This document shows positions 1 to 8,377 of a DNA stretch of 32,000 nucleotides, piece after piece. The DNA lies in NCBI RefSeq assembly GCF_000021865.1, contig NC_014034.1, positions 600,001-632,000 on the forward strand. Direction: 5' to 3'. The notes under the pieces were generated by a model. It was given only the letters and a program-made list of their open reading frames with translations, ran no database searches and had not been told where the DNA came from. Within the stretch, counting starts at the first letter, position 1. Each line of letters begins with the position of its first letter. Position numbers and translations under genes: made by a program. Origin of the DNA: Rhodobacter capsulatus SB 1003 (lineage in GTDB: Bacteria; Pseudomonadota; Alphaproteobacteria; Rhodobacterales; Rhodobacteraceae).

Positions 1-170
1 TTCATCGCCTGCACCCCGTCCCAGGCCGCCTTGTAGGACAGCCCGACCTCGCGCGCCGCCGCCGATATCGAGCCCGTGCGCCCGATCGCCGCCAGCAGCG
101 CCACCCGCTCCGCCCCCATCCGCGCGCCCGTCCGTTCCAGCACCAGCGCCCCGCGCACACCGTCCGTCAT
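1..170 (-). CDS. mopB: ModE-family molybdate-responsive regulator, N-terminal part only (gene continues beyond the left edge)
   Basis: The reverse complement starts with ATG (168-170) and reads MTDGVRGALVLERTGARMGAERVALLAAIGRTGSISAAAREVGLSYKAAWDGVQAM. This is a clear paralogue of the HTH region of the 457-1254 protein (RIRLLEAIARHGTIAGAAREVGLSYKTAWDAV). It is divergent from mopA-modABCD, as known for R. capsulatus. It is truncated, so it is absent from the ORF track. Confidence 0.8.
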   Translation of the reverse strand, partial: MTDGVRGALVLERTGARMGAERVALLAAIGRTGSISAAAREVGLSYKAAWDGVQAM

Positions 171-411
171 CGCCGCCTCCCGTTTCGTTGCCGCCATTGT
201 GGCGCAAACCGGCCCCGGGGGCCACTGCGGCTTGCGTCTTGCCGACTCATGATCCGCGCCGAAATCGGCAAATCCGTTCGCGCGGCGCCCAATTCATGGG
301 CAATGTTCCGAAATCAGCCCGTTTTCGCATCACTTGGCACGGGATATGAGGCCGCGGGTGATAACGCCGCCGCGCATGTCCGACAAGCCTCTGCCCTTCC
401 GGAAAAACCAT

Positions 412-436
412 CGCTATTAGTCGGGTCTATATAACG
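412..436. promoter_or_regulatory. Mo-box (ModE/MopA/MopB operator) upstream of mopA
   Basis: CGCTATTAG-TCGGGTC-TATATAACG, an imperfect dyad ending 21 bp before the mopA ATG. It has the same 9-7-9 layout and the identical 10-mer CTATATAACG as the site at 24159-24183 before anfA. Confidence 0.75.
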
Positions 437-456
437 ATCCACCTTCGGACCCTGCC

Positions 457-1254
457 ATGAACGAACAGCCCCTCATCGCCGCCCTGAGCCTGCAACGCGC
501 GGGGGCGCCGCGGGTGGGCGGCGACCGGATCCGGCTGCTGGAAGCGATCGCCCGTCACGGCACCATCGCCGGTGCCGCGCGCGAAGTGGGCCTGTCCTAC
601 AAGACCGCCTGGGATGCGGTCGGCACGCTGAACAACCTGTTCGAACAGCCGCTGGTCGAGGCCGCGCCCGGGGGCCGCACCGGCGGCAATGCCCGCGTGA
701 CCGAGGCGGGGCAGGCGCTGATTGCCGGGTTCGGTCTGCTGGAAGGCGCGCTGACCAAGGCGCTGGGCGTGCTCGAAGGCGGCGTCAGCGCGCCGGAAAA
801 AGCCCTCAACACCTTGTGGAGTCTGACGATGCGCACTTCGAACCGCAACACCCTGCGCTGCACCGTCACCCGCGTCACCCTTGGCGCGGTCAATGCCGAG
901 GTGGAACTGGCGCTGACCGATGGCCACAGCCTGACCGCGGTGATCACCGAACGCTCGGCCACCGAAATGGGCCTGGCCCCGGGGGTCGAGGTCTTCGCGC
1001 TGATCAAGGCCAGTTTCGTGATGCTGGCCGCGGGCGGCGATCCGGGCCGGATTTCCGCCTGCAACCGGCTGACCGGCATCGTCGCCGCCCGCACCGACGG
1101 CCCGGTGAACACCGAGATCATCCTGGATCTGGGCAATTGCAAATCGATCACCGCCGTCATCACCCATACCAGCGCCGATGCGCTGGGCCTCGCCCCCGGC
1201 GTGCCCGCCACCGCGCTGTTCAAGGCCAGCCATGTCATCCTGGCGATGCCCTGA
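457..1254 (+). CDS. mopA: Molybdate-dependent transcriptional regulator (ModE-like HTH plus tandem Mop/TOBE molybdate-binding domains)
   Basis: 265-aa ORF with an N-terminal ModE-type HTH. Two internally repeated Mop domains are visible (NTLRCTVTRV...LIKASFVMLA and NRLTGIVAAR...LFKASHVILA). It sits first in line with modABCD. Confidence 0.9.
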   Translation: MNEQPLIAALSLQRAGAPRVGGDRIRLLEAIARHGTIAGAAREVGLSYKTAWDAVGTLNNLFEQPLVEAAPGGRTGGNARVTEAGQALIAGFGLLEGALTKALGVLEGGVSAPEKALNTLWSLTMRTSNRNTLRCTVTRVTLGAVNAEVELALTDGHSLTAVITERSATEMGLAPGVEVFALIKASFVMLAAGGDPGRISACNRLTGIVAARTDGPVNTEIILDLGNCKSITAVITHTSADALGLAPGVPATALFKASHVILAMP

Positions 1255-1288
1255 ACCCGCTTCTCCCGTTGAACGAAAGGACACCGAC

Positions 1289-2047
1289 ATGACCCAGTTC
1301 CCGCAGACCCTGCGCGCAGGTGCGACCGCGCTTGCCCTCGTGATGGGGCTTGCCCTGCCCGCCGCCGCGGGCGAGGTGATCGCCGCCGTCGCCGCGAACT
1401 TCACCGAACCGGCCAAGGAAATCGGCGCCCTTTTCACCGAAAAGACCGGCCATACCGTCACCTATGCCTTTGGCCCCTCGGGGCAGTTCTACACCCAGAT
1501 CACCCAGGGGGCGCCGTTCGAGGTCTTTCTTTCGGCCGATGCGTCGCGCCCGAAAAAGGCGGTCGAAGAGGGATACGCCGTCCCGGGCAGCGATTTCACC
1601 TATGCGGTGGGCAAGCTGGTGCTGTGGTCGGCCGATCCGGCCCGGGTCGATGACAAGGGCGCGGTGCTGAAAACCGATCTCGAACATGTGGCGATCGCCG
1701 ATCCGAAATCCGCCCCCTATGGCGCCGCCGCGATCGAGGTGATGCAGAAGCTTGGCGTCTACGAGACGCTGGAACCGAAGCTGGTCACCGGCAAAAGCAT
1801 CAGCCAGGCTTACGAATTCGCCGCGACGGGCAATGCGCCGGTGGGTTTCGTCGCCTATTCGCAGGTGATCGGCAAGGAGGGCGGGTCCAGCTGGATGGTG
1901 CCGCAAGATCTCTACAAACCGATCAAGCAAGACGCGGTGCTGCTGAAGACCGGCGCCGAGGATGCGGCGGCGAAAGCCTATCTTGATTTCCTGAAGACGC
2001 CGGAGGCCTTGGAAATCATCAGGAAATACGGTTACGTCACCGAATAA
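1289..2047 (+). CDS. modA: Periplasmic molybdate-binding protein of the ABC transporter
   Basis: Internal ATG at 1289, preceded by AAAGGA (1276-1281). Signal peptide [30 protein letters not shown]. The mature part has ModA-family sequence (AANFTEP..., [12 protein letters not shown]). The track ORF 1178-2047 is over-extended into mopA. Confidence 0.9.
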
Positions 2048-2052
2048 GGCTG

Positions 2053-2739
2053 ATGACGGAGGGGATTCTGTTCGACGCGGCGATGCTGACGACACTGGCG
2101 CTGACGCTGAAACTGGCGACGGTGACGACAGTGCTGCTGCTGGCTCTGGGAACCCCCCTTGCCTGGTGGCTTTCGCGCGGCGGCGGTCTTTGGAAAGAGA
2201 TCGTCGCCACGCTTGTCTCCCTGCCGATCGTGCTGCCGCCGACGGTTCTGGGCTTTTATCTGCTGATCGCGATGGGGCCGAATTCGCCCTTGACCGATCT
2301 TCTGGGCTTCAAGCTGTCCTTCACCTTCGCGGGGCTGGTCGTCGGCTCGGTCATCTATTCGCTGCCCTTTGTCGTCAACCCGATCCGCAACGCCTTTGTG
2401 GCGATGGGGCCGCGCCCGATGGAGGTGGCGGCGACCTTGCGGGCCTCGCCGCTCGATGCGTTCTTCACCGTCGCGCTGCCGCAGGCGGCGCCGGGGCTGA
2501 TCACCGGGGCGATCCTGGGCTTTGCCCATACGGTCGGCGAATTCGGCGTCGTCTTGATGATCGGCGGCGGCATTCCGGGGCGGACCAAGGTTCTGTCGGT
2601 CACCATCTTCGACTATGTCGAGACGCTGGAATGGGACAAGGCGCATGTGCTGGCGGGGGGCATGCTGGCGATGTCCTTCGTGGTGATCCTCGCCATGATG
2701 CTGATCGAGCGCCGCTACGGCACCGGGGCGCGGCGATGA
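2053..2739 (+). CDS. modB: Molybdate ABC transporter permease
   Basis: 228-aa hydrophobic multi-pass protein with a CysT/ModB-type EAA loop ([35 protein letters not shown]). Follows modA by 5 bp. Confidence 0.9.
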
Positions 2740-3827
2740 TCTCGGCGCGGTTCTCTGGCCGTCAGGGCGATTTCACCCTTGATGCGGCCTTTGACGTGCC
2801 GGGGCAGGGGGTGACGGCGCTTTTCGGTCCCTCGGGCTGCGGCAAGACGACGGTGCTGCGCTGCATGGCCGGGCTGACGCGGCTGCCGGGCGGGCATCTG
2901 GTGGTGAATGGCGTGACCTGGCAGGAGGGGCGGCAGATCACCCCGCCGCATCGCCGCGCGGTGGGCTATGTGTTTCAGGAAGCAAGCCTTTTCACCCATC
3001 TTTCGGTGCGCGAAAACCTGGTCTACGGGTTGAGACGTGCCCGCGGTCCGCTGCGGATTTCCGAAGCCGAGGTGACCCAGCTTCTGGGCATCGACCCGCT
3101 GCTGCGCCGCCCCACCGCGACGCTCTCCGGGGGGGAACGGCAGCGCGTCGCCATCGGCCGGGCGCTGCTGTCGCAGCCGGAACTGCTCTTGATGGACGAG
3201 CCGCTTTCCGCGCTGGACCGGATCTCGCGTGACGAGATCCTGCCCTATCTCGAACGGCTGCATGCGAGTTTGCAGATGCCGGTGATCCTTGTCAGCCACG
3301 ATCTGTCCGAGGTCGAGCGCCTGGCCGATACGCTGGTCTTGATGGAGGCGGGCCGGGTCCGCGCCGCCGGGCCGATCGCCGCGATGCAGGCCGACCCGAA
3401 CCTGCCGCTCATCCACCGCCCCGATCTGGCGGCGGTGATCGAGGGGGTGGTGATCGCCCTTGATCCCGCCTATGGGCTGAGCACGCTGCAGGTGCCGGGC
3501 GGGCGGATCGTCGTGCCGGGCAACCTGGGTCCGATCGGCGCGCGGCGGCGGCTGCGCGTGCCTGCGACCGATGTCAGCCTGGGCCGTCATGCCCCCACCG
3601 ACACCACGATTCTGAACGCCCTGCCCGCGGTGATCCTTGGCGCCGAGGCCGCCGAGGGCTATCAGATCACCGTGCGACTGGCGCTGGGCGCATCGGGCGA
3701 GGGCGCGAGCCTTCTCGCCCGCGTTTCGCGCAAGTCCTTTGACTTGCTCGGGTTTCAGCCCGGGGAACAGGTGGTGGCGCGGCTCAAGGCGATGGCGCTG
3801 AGCGCGCCTGCGCAAACCGGAGGGTAG
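2736..3827 (+). CDS. modC: Molybdate ABC transporter ATPase with C-terminal Mop/TOBE domain
   Basis: The ATG at 2736 overlaps the modB stop (ATGA). Walker A GPSGCGKT, signature LSGGERQR, Walker B LLLMDEP. The C-terminal ~120 aa are TOBE-like. The track ORF 2166-3827 is over-extended in frame. Confidence 0.9.
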
Positions 3828-3830
3828 GGG

Positions 3831-4670
3831 ATGTTCCTGATCGACGACACCGCGCTGATGGCGCTCATTCGCGAAGACGTGCCCGCGGGCGATCTGACGA
3901 CGCGCAGTCTGGGGCTGGCCGCCGAGGCGGGCGAGCTGACGATGCGGGCGCGCGGGGCGATGACCGTCGCCTGTTCCGAAGAAGCCGTGCGGATCTTGCA
4001 GCTTCTGGGCGCCGAGGCCTGGATCGCCACCGCCTCGGGGCGGCAGGTCGAGGGCGGCGAGATGCTGCTTTTCGCCCGCGGACAGGTCGAGGCGCTGCTG
4101 GCGGGCTGGAAAGTGGCGCAGAATCTGATCGAATGGGCTTCGGGGCTGGCGTCCTCGGCCACGGCGATCGTCGCGGCGGCGCGGGCGGTGAACCCGGCGG
4201 TGACGGTGGCCTGCACCCGGAAATCGGTGCCGGGCACCCGGGCGCTGTCCTTGCGGGCGGTGACTGTGGGCGGTGCAACGGTGCACCGGACCGGGCTTTC
4301 GGATTCGGTTCTGCTTTTTGCCGAACATCGCGCCTTTGGGGGCGCGGATGCCTTGGCGGCGCAGATCGCCCGGCTGCGCGCCAGCTGCCCCGAGCGCAAG
4401 GTGGTGGTGGAAGTGGCCGATGTTGCCGAGGCCTTGGCGGCCGCACAGGCCGGGGCCGAGGTGCTGCAGCTGGAAAAATTCCCGCCCGAGCAGGTGGCGG
4501 CGGTCGTGGCCGGGCTGGGCCCCGACTGGCGCGGCCATGTTGCGGCGGCGGGGGGCATCACCGCGGCCAATGCCGCGGCCTATGCGGCGGCGGGGGCGCA
4601 GGTTCTGGTGACCTCGGCCCCCTTCACCGCGCCGCCGCGCGATGTCGCCGTCTGGATCGGCCCGGCCTGA
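3831..4670 (+). CDS. modD: ModD protein (quinolinate/nicotinate-nucleotide phosphoribosyltransferase-like fold)
   Basis: 279-aa ORF starting 3 bp after modC. It resembles the NadC/ModD family (DDTALMALIREDVPAGDLTT at the N-terminus, GGITAANAAAYAAAGA near the C-terminus). It is the fourth gene of the mod operon, as in R. capsulatus. Confidence 0.8.
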   Translation: MFLIDDTALMALIREDVPAGDLTTRSLGLAAEAGELTMRARGAMTVACSEEAVRILQLLGAEAWIATASGRQVEGGEMLLFARGQVEALLAGWKVAQNLIEWASGLASSATAIVAAARAVNPAVTVACTRKSVPGTRALSLRAVTVGGATVHRTGLSDSVLLFAEHRAFGGADALAAQIARLRASCPERKVVVEVADVAEALAAAQAGAEVLQLEKFPPEQVAAVVAGLGPDWRGHVAAAGGITAANAAAYAAAGAQVLVTSAPFTAPPRDVAVWIGPA

Positions 4671-4673
4671 CCC

Positions 4674-6167
4674 TTACGCGGTGATGGCTTGTTTCTGGGT
4701 CATTCTTTCGCGGTAAAGCGCAAGGATGGCGGGTTCGATGTAGTCGTGGGCCCAGCTGTCGCGGGCGGTGATGCCGGCGCTTGCCAGGCCCTCGCGCGGG
4801 CAGTCGCCGATCTTGGCCACCAGAACCGTGTCGATCCCGTCAAGCGCCGCGATGACGCGGTCAAGACGGTCTTCCGCGCCGCCGCCGTCGACGCAATAGT
4901 TGTCGCAGCGGCGGTGAAAGGCGAAGCGGACGCCCGTGGCATCGACCTCGAAGACCTGGAATTCCGTCGCATGGCCGAAATGCTGGTTGATCCGGCCGCC
5001 GCCCTGGGTCGTCACCGCGACCAGAAGTTTCGGCGAGCTGGCCGCGCAGGCCGCCTCGGTCGCGGCCTGGGCGGCCTCGGCGGCGGCGCGGCGGTCTTCG
5101 CGCTCGGCGCCCACCCAGTCGCGATAGGTTTCGCGCGCGGCGGGATCATAGACCGGCGCCTCGGGCACGAGGTCCAGGGTGAATTCCTGACCCCGATCCT
5201 CGCCCAGAAGCCCCACCGCATCGGCGCGGCACTGGCGGCAGTGCTTCATCAGATTGGCCCCGCCCGCGCAGGCCTCCTGCACCGCCAGAAGCTCGGCCGC
5301 CGTCGGGCCGCGCTGCCCGGTCAGGCCGAAATGCGTGCCATGTTCGGGCGCCGAAATCAGCGGCATGATGTTGTGCAAAAACGCGCCGCGGCGTTTGACC
5401 TCGCGGTTCACCTCCAGGAGATGCGCGTCGTTGATCCCGGGGATCAGCACCGAATTGACCTTGACCAGGATGCCGCGCGCGACGAGACCATCGAGCGCCG
5501 CCATCTGCCGTTCATGCAGGATGCGGCTCGCCTCGACGCCATAGATCCGTTTGCGGTTGTAAAAGATCCAGGGGTAGATCTTTGCCCCCACCTCGGGGTC
5601 GATCATGTTGATGGTGATCGTCACGTGATCGACATTCATCTCGACCAGTTCATCGAGGTGATCGGGCAGGGCGAGCCCGTTCGAGCTCAGGCACAGCTTG
5701 ATGTCGGGGATCTGCGCCGTCACCAGCCGGAAGGTTTCCTTCGTCTTCAGCCAGTCATAGGCGCTGTCGCCCGGCCCGGCGATGCCCAGAACCGAGAGCT
5801 GCGGCACCTCATTCGCCACCGCAATCACCTTGCGCGCGGCCTCCTCGGGCGTCAGCCGTTCCGACACGACACCGGGGCGGCTTTCGTTCGAACAATCGTA
5901 TTTGCGGTTGCAGTAATTGCACTGGATGTTGCAGGCGGGCGCCACCGACACATGCATGCGGGCGAAATAATGATGCGCCTCTTCGGAATAGCAGGGGTGA
6001 TCCTTGACCTTGGCCCAGGTCGCCGGGTCCATGTCTTCGGGTTTTTCCTTGCTACCGCAGCCGGTTGCCGATCCGGTCGCGGAACAGCCGCCCGCGGCCA
6101 GCGCGGCCGAGAGGCTCTCCTTCGAGCCGATCGCCAGGGTGCCAAGGGCCACGACATTGTCCGACAT
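4674..6167 (-). CDS. nifB: Nitrogenase FeMo-cofactor biosynthesis radical SAM protein NifB (with C-terminal NifX-like domain)
   Basis: Start chosen at MSDNVVALG (ATG 6165-6167), with GGAGAG upstream. CNIQCNYC radical-SAM motif. The C-terminal NifX/NafY-like domain reads LVAVTTQGGGRINQHFGHATEFQVFEV. The ORF-track start at 6329 lies upstream of the sigma54 promoter and is rejected. Probably the nifB2 copy. Confidence 0.93.
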   Translation of the reverse strand: MSDNVVALGTLAIGSKESLSAALAAGGCSATGSATGCGSKEKPEDMDPATWAKVKDHPCYSEEAHHYFARMHVSVAPACNIQCNYCNRKYDCSNESRPGVVSERLTPEEAARKVIAVANEVPQLSVLGIAGPGDSAYDWLKTKETFRLVTAQIPDIKLCLSSNGLALPDHLDELVEMNVDHVTITINMIDPEVGAKIYPWIFYNRKRIYGVEASRILHERQMAALDGLVARGILVKVNSVLIPGINDAHLLEVNREVKRRGAFLHNIMPLISAPEHGTHFGLTGQRGPTAAELLAVQEACAGGANLMKHCRQCRADAVGLLGEDRGQEFTLDLVPEAPVYDPAARETYRDWVGAEREDRRAAAEAAQAATEAACAASSPKLLVAVTTQGGGRINQHFGHATEFQVFEVDATGVRFAFHRRCDNYCVDGGGAEDRLDRVIAALDGIDTVLVAKIGDCPREGLASAGITARDSWAHDYIEPAILALYRERMTQKQAITA

Positions 6168-6209
6168 GCTGCTCTCCGTTCTGGTCCCGCTTGGGTCATC
6201 AGGGATGCA

Positions 6210-6225
6210 GCAAGAACCGTGCCAG
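6210..6225 (-). promoter_or_regulatory. sigma54 (-24/-12) promoter of nifB
   Basis: The minus strand reads CTGGCAC-GGTTC-TTGC, a perfect TGGCAC-N5-TTGC. The GC of the -12 element lies about 43 bp upstream of the nifB ATG. Confidence 0.9.
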
Positions 6226-6262
6226 GCCCGCGGCGGGGCGATTGGCACAAAACCTGCGCTTT

Positions 6263-6278
6263 TGTCGGGAATGCGACA
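6263..6278. promoter_or_regulatory. NifA upstream activator sequence (TGT-N10-ACA) for nifB
   Basis: TGTCGGGAATGCGACA, a perfect TGT-N10-ACA. Its proximal end is 40 bp from the -24 GG. Confidence 0.8.
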
Positions 6279-6285
6279 GGCGCGC

Positions 6286-6312
6286 AAACAAAAACCCCGG
6301 CCGAAGCCGGGG
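6286..6312 (-). terminator. Rho-independent terminator after nifA
   Basis: The minus strand reads CCCCGGCTTCGGCCGGGG followed by TTTTTGTTT. It begins 24 bp after the nifA stop (6336). Confidence 0.8.
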
Positions 6313-6335
6313 TCCGTCGCGTCTTCCAAGCGCCC

Positions 6336-8087
6336 TCAGATCTTGCGCAGCTCGATCTCGAATTTCTGCAGCGCATAGGCGATCTGGCGCGGGGTCATGC
6401 CCAAAAGCCGCGCCGCCTTCGCCTGCACCCAACCCGCGCTTTCGAGCGCCCGCAGCAGCTCTTCGCGGCTCAGCTGCGCGGTCTTGGTGCGCAGCGGCAC
6501 CTCCTCGCGCGGCGGCGCTTCGGGCGCGGGCTCGGGCGCAGGGGCGGGTTCGGGCGGCGGCGCGCTCACCCGGACCGTCGGCGTGATCACCCGCCCCACC
6601 GCCAGCCCGCCGATCGGCGAGGTGCCGTCCTGCAGCCGGAACAGTTCCGCCGAAAGGCAGGCCCCCTGCCGACAGGCCAGTTCCTCGGCCAGAACGATCG
6701 CCCCATCCGAAAGCGCCGCGGCCCGGTTCACGCAGTTTTCCAGCTCGCGCACATTGCCCGGAAACTGGCAGCGGCAGATCTGGTCAAAGGCATCGGCGGC
6801 GAATTTGACATTGGTGGCGTTCTGCTTGTTGAACCGGTCCAGGAACAGCTGCGCGAGCGGCTTGATGTCGCTCTTGCGGTTGCGCAAGGGCGGCAGCACG
6901 ATCGGCACGACGCAGATGCGGAAATAAAGATCGGCGCGGAACTGGCCCCGCGCGACGGCGTCTTCCAGGTCGCGGTTCGTCGCGGCGACGATGCGGGTAT
7001 CGACCTTGATCGTCTTCGCGCCGCCGACGCGCTCGAACTCGCCCTCCTGCAGCACGCGCAGCAGTTTCGACTGAAAGGCCGGGCTGATCTCGCCGATCTC
7101 GTCCAGAAACAGCGTGCCGCCATCGGCCAGTTCGAACCGGCCCTTTTTCAGCGCGGTGGCGCCGGTGAAGGCGCCTTTCTCATGGCCGAAAAGTTCCGAT
7201 TCCAGAAGGGTTTCCGAAAGCGCGGCGCAGTTGACGCGGATGAACGGGCCTTTCGCGCGGGGGCTTTGGGCGTGCACGGCGCGGGCGAACAATTCCTTGC
7301 CGGTGCCGCTTTCGCCGCGCAGCAAAACCGGCATCCGGGTGGAGGCGACGCGCTTGATCTGCGCCACCACCTCGGCGATGGCGGGGCTGGAGCCGACGAT
7401 GCCATCGAGGCTGACCGGCGCCGCCGGGCCGCGCTGTTCGGTGACGGTCTGCAGCATGCGGCGGGTGTCTTCGAGCGCGCGTTCGCGGTCGCGCGCGATG
7501 CGGCGGCGAAAGCGCAGCGCCTGTTCGAGGAGCGAGGCGACCATCGTCAGCACCCGCACATCGGCATCGGAAAAGCCCGACCGGTTGTGGTCATGGCTGC
7601 GATAGGCGGCCAGGACGCCGAGGACGAAATGGCTGCGTTCGGGGTCGCGCAGCGGCACGGCGATCAGCGTCTGGCCCGCGTCGCGCAGCCGTTTCGGCAC
7701 CGCCTCGGCGCCGAATTCGGCGGCCAGATCAAAGCTGACGAAAGGCACGCCGGAGCGAAAGACGATCCGCGCCACGGCATCGGGCAGCACATCCGCGGCG
7801 GGGGCCTCGGGGCTGCGCTGAAAGGCCGTCGCGGCGATGACATAGGGGTTCACCCCCGCGCCCTCGCCCGGCTCGGCCAGAAGCGCCAGCACCCCATGGC
7901 GCAGATCGAGGAAAGACGACAGCACGTTGAAGATCTGCGGCACCTCCGCCACCGGATCCGGCGCCGCCGCAAAGGTCTTCGCGATCTCGTAAAGCGCATC
8001 CAAGGCAAGGCGGTCGGCCGTGGCCCGCGCCGAGCGATGTCTTGCCTGCGGTTGGGGGACGAGCCGGTCCCGGATGTCGATCATCAC
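6336..8087 (-). CDS. nifA: sigma54-dependent nif-specific transcriptional activator NifA (oxygen-sensitive, NifL-independent class)
   Basis: GAF domain, then AAA+ domain ([14 protein letters not shown]), then C-terminal HTH. The inter-domain cysteine motif C-X11-C-X19-C-X4-C is readable ([13 protein letters not shown]...C RQGA C). The first codon in the track is GTG (8085-8087). The adjacent ATG (8082-8084) has better spacing to GGGAGAA, so the true start may be 8084. Adjacency to rpoN suggests the nifA2 copy. Confidence 0.93.
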   Translation of the reverse strand: MMIDIRDRLVPQPQARHRSARATADRLALDALYEIAKTFAAAPDPVAEVPQIFNVLSSFLDLRHGVLALLAEPGEGAGVNPYVIAATAFQRSPEAPAADVLPDAVARIVFRSGVPFVSFDLAAEFGAEAVPKRLRDAGQTLIAVPLRDPERSHFVLGVLAAYRSHDHNRSGFSDADVRVLTMVASLLEQALRFRRRIARDRERALEDTRRMLQTVTEQRGPAAPVSLDGIVGSSPAIAEVVAQIKRVASTRMPVLLRGESGTGKELFARAVHAQSPRAKGPFIRVNCAALSETLLESELFGHEKGAFTGATALKKGRFELADGGTLFLDEIGEISPAFQSKLLRVLQEGEFERVGGAKTIKVDTRIVAATNRDLEDAVARGQFRADLYFRICVVPIVLPPLRNRKSDIKPLAQLFLDRFNKQNATNVKFAADAFDQICRCQFPGNVRELENCVNRAAALSDGAIVLAEELACRQGACLSAELFRLQDGTSPIGGLAVGRVITPTVRVSAPPPEPAPAPEPAPEAPPREEVPLRTKTAQLSREELLRALESAGWVQAKAARLLGMTPRQIAYALQKFEIELRKI

Positions 8088-8377
8088 TGTTCTCCCTCGC
8101 TTGCCCGGCGCCGGGGGATCAAACGACGATCACCCCCTCCCATGGGGTGCCGCAGTCTGCGCTGCGTGGATCGTTCGATCGCGGTTGGGTGCCGTGGCGG
8201 ACATGTCGAGACTTGGTCAAGCTTGCGCCCGGATGCACGGCGCAAACAGTCTCAGGTGCCAATATGTCGCAACTTGGGGGTGATTGAGGCTTCGTTAAGA
8301 TCAACTTTGAGGCGGGAATGGCCGGAGCGCCGAAAAAAATGGCGCTTCCGGTCTGGCAGAGGTCGCGTTTCGCAGAC

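Noticed and set aside
335-349. TGGCAC in the mopA upstream region as a possible sigma54 promoter
   Set aside because: TGGCAC-GGGAT-ATGA lacks the GC of the -12 element. The mopA promoter of R. capsulatus is known to be sigma54-independent.
249-434. 61-aa ORF in the mopB-mopA divergent spacer
   Set aside because: No RBS. It runs across the Mo-box and presumed promoter region, and its composition is unremarkable. Most likely non-coding regulatory DNA.
2715-4570. 607-aa and 271-aa minus-strand ORFs
   Set aside because: Antisense to modC and modD. Low-complexity composition. modC has Walker A/B and signature motifs in the opposite frame.
8242-8261. The minus strand reads TGGCAC-N10-TTGC upstream of nifA
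   Set aside because: The spacer is 10 nt instead of the invariant 5 nt (GG-N10-GC rule violated), so it cannot act as a -24/-12 promoter.
8323-8352. Stem-loop CCGGAGCGCC-GAAAAAAAT-GGCGCTTCCGG just downstream of rpoN as a terminator
   Set aside because: The A7/T7 run is in the loop, not after the stem, on either strand, and the stem has a bulge. It may still be a structural element, but it is not a canonical intrinsic terminator.
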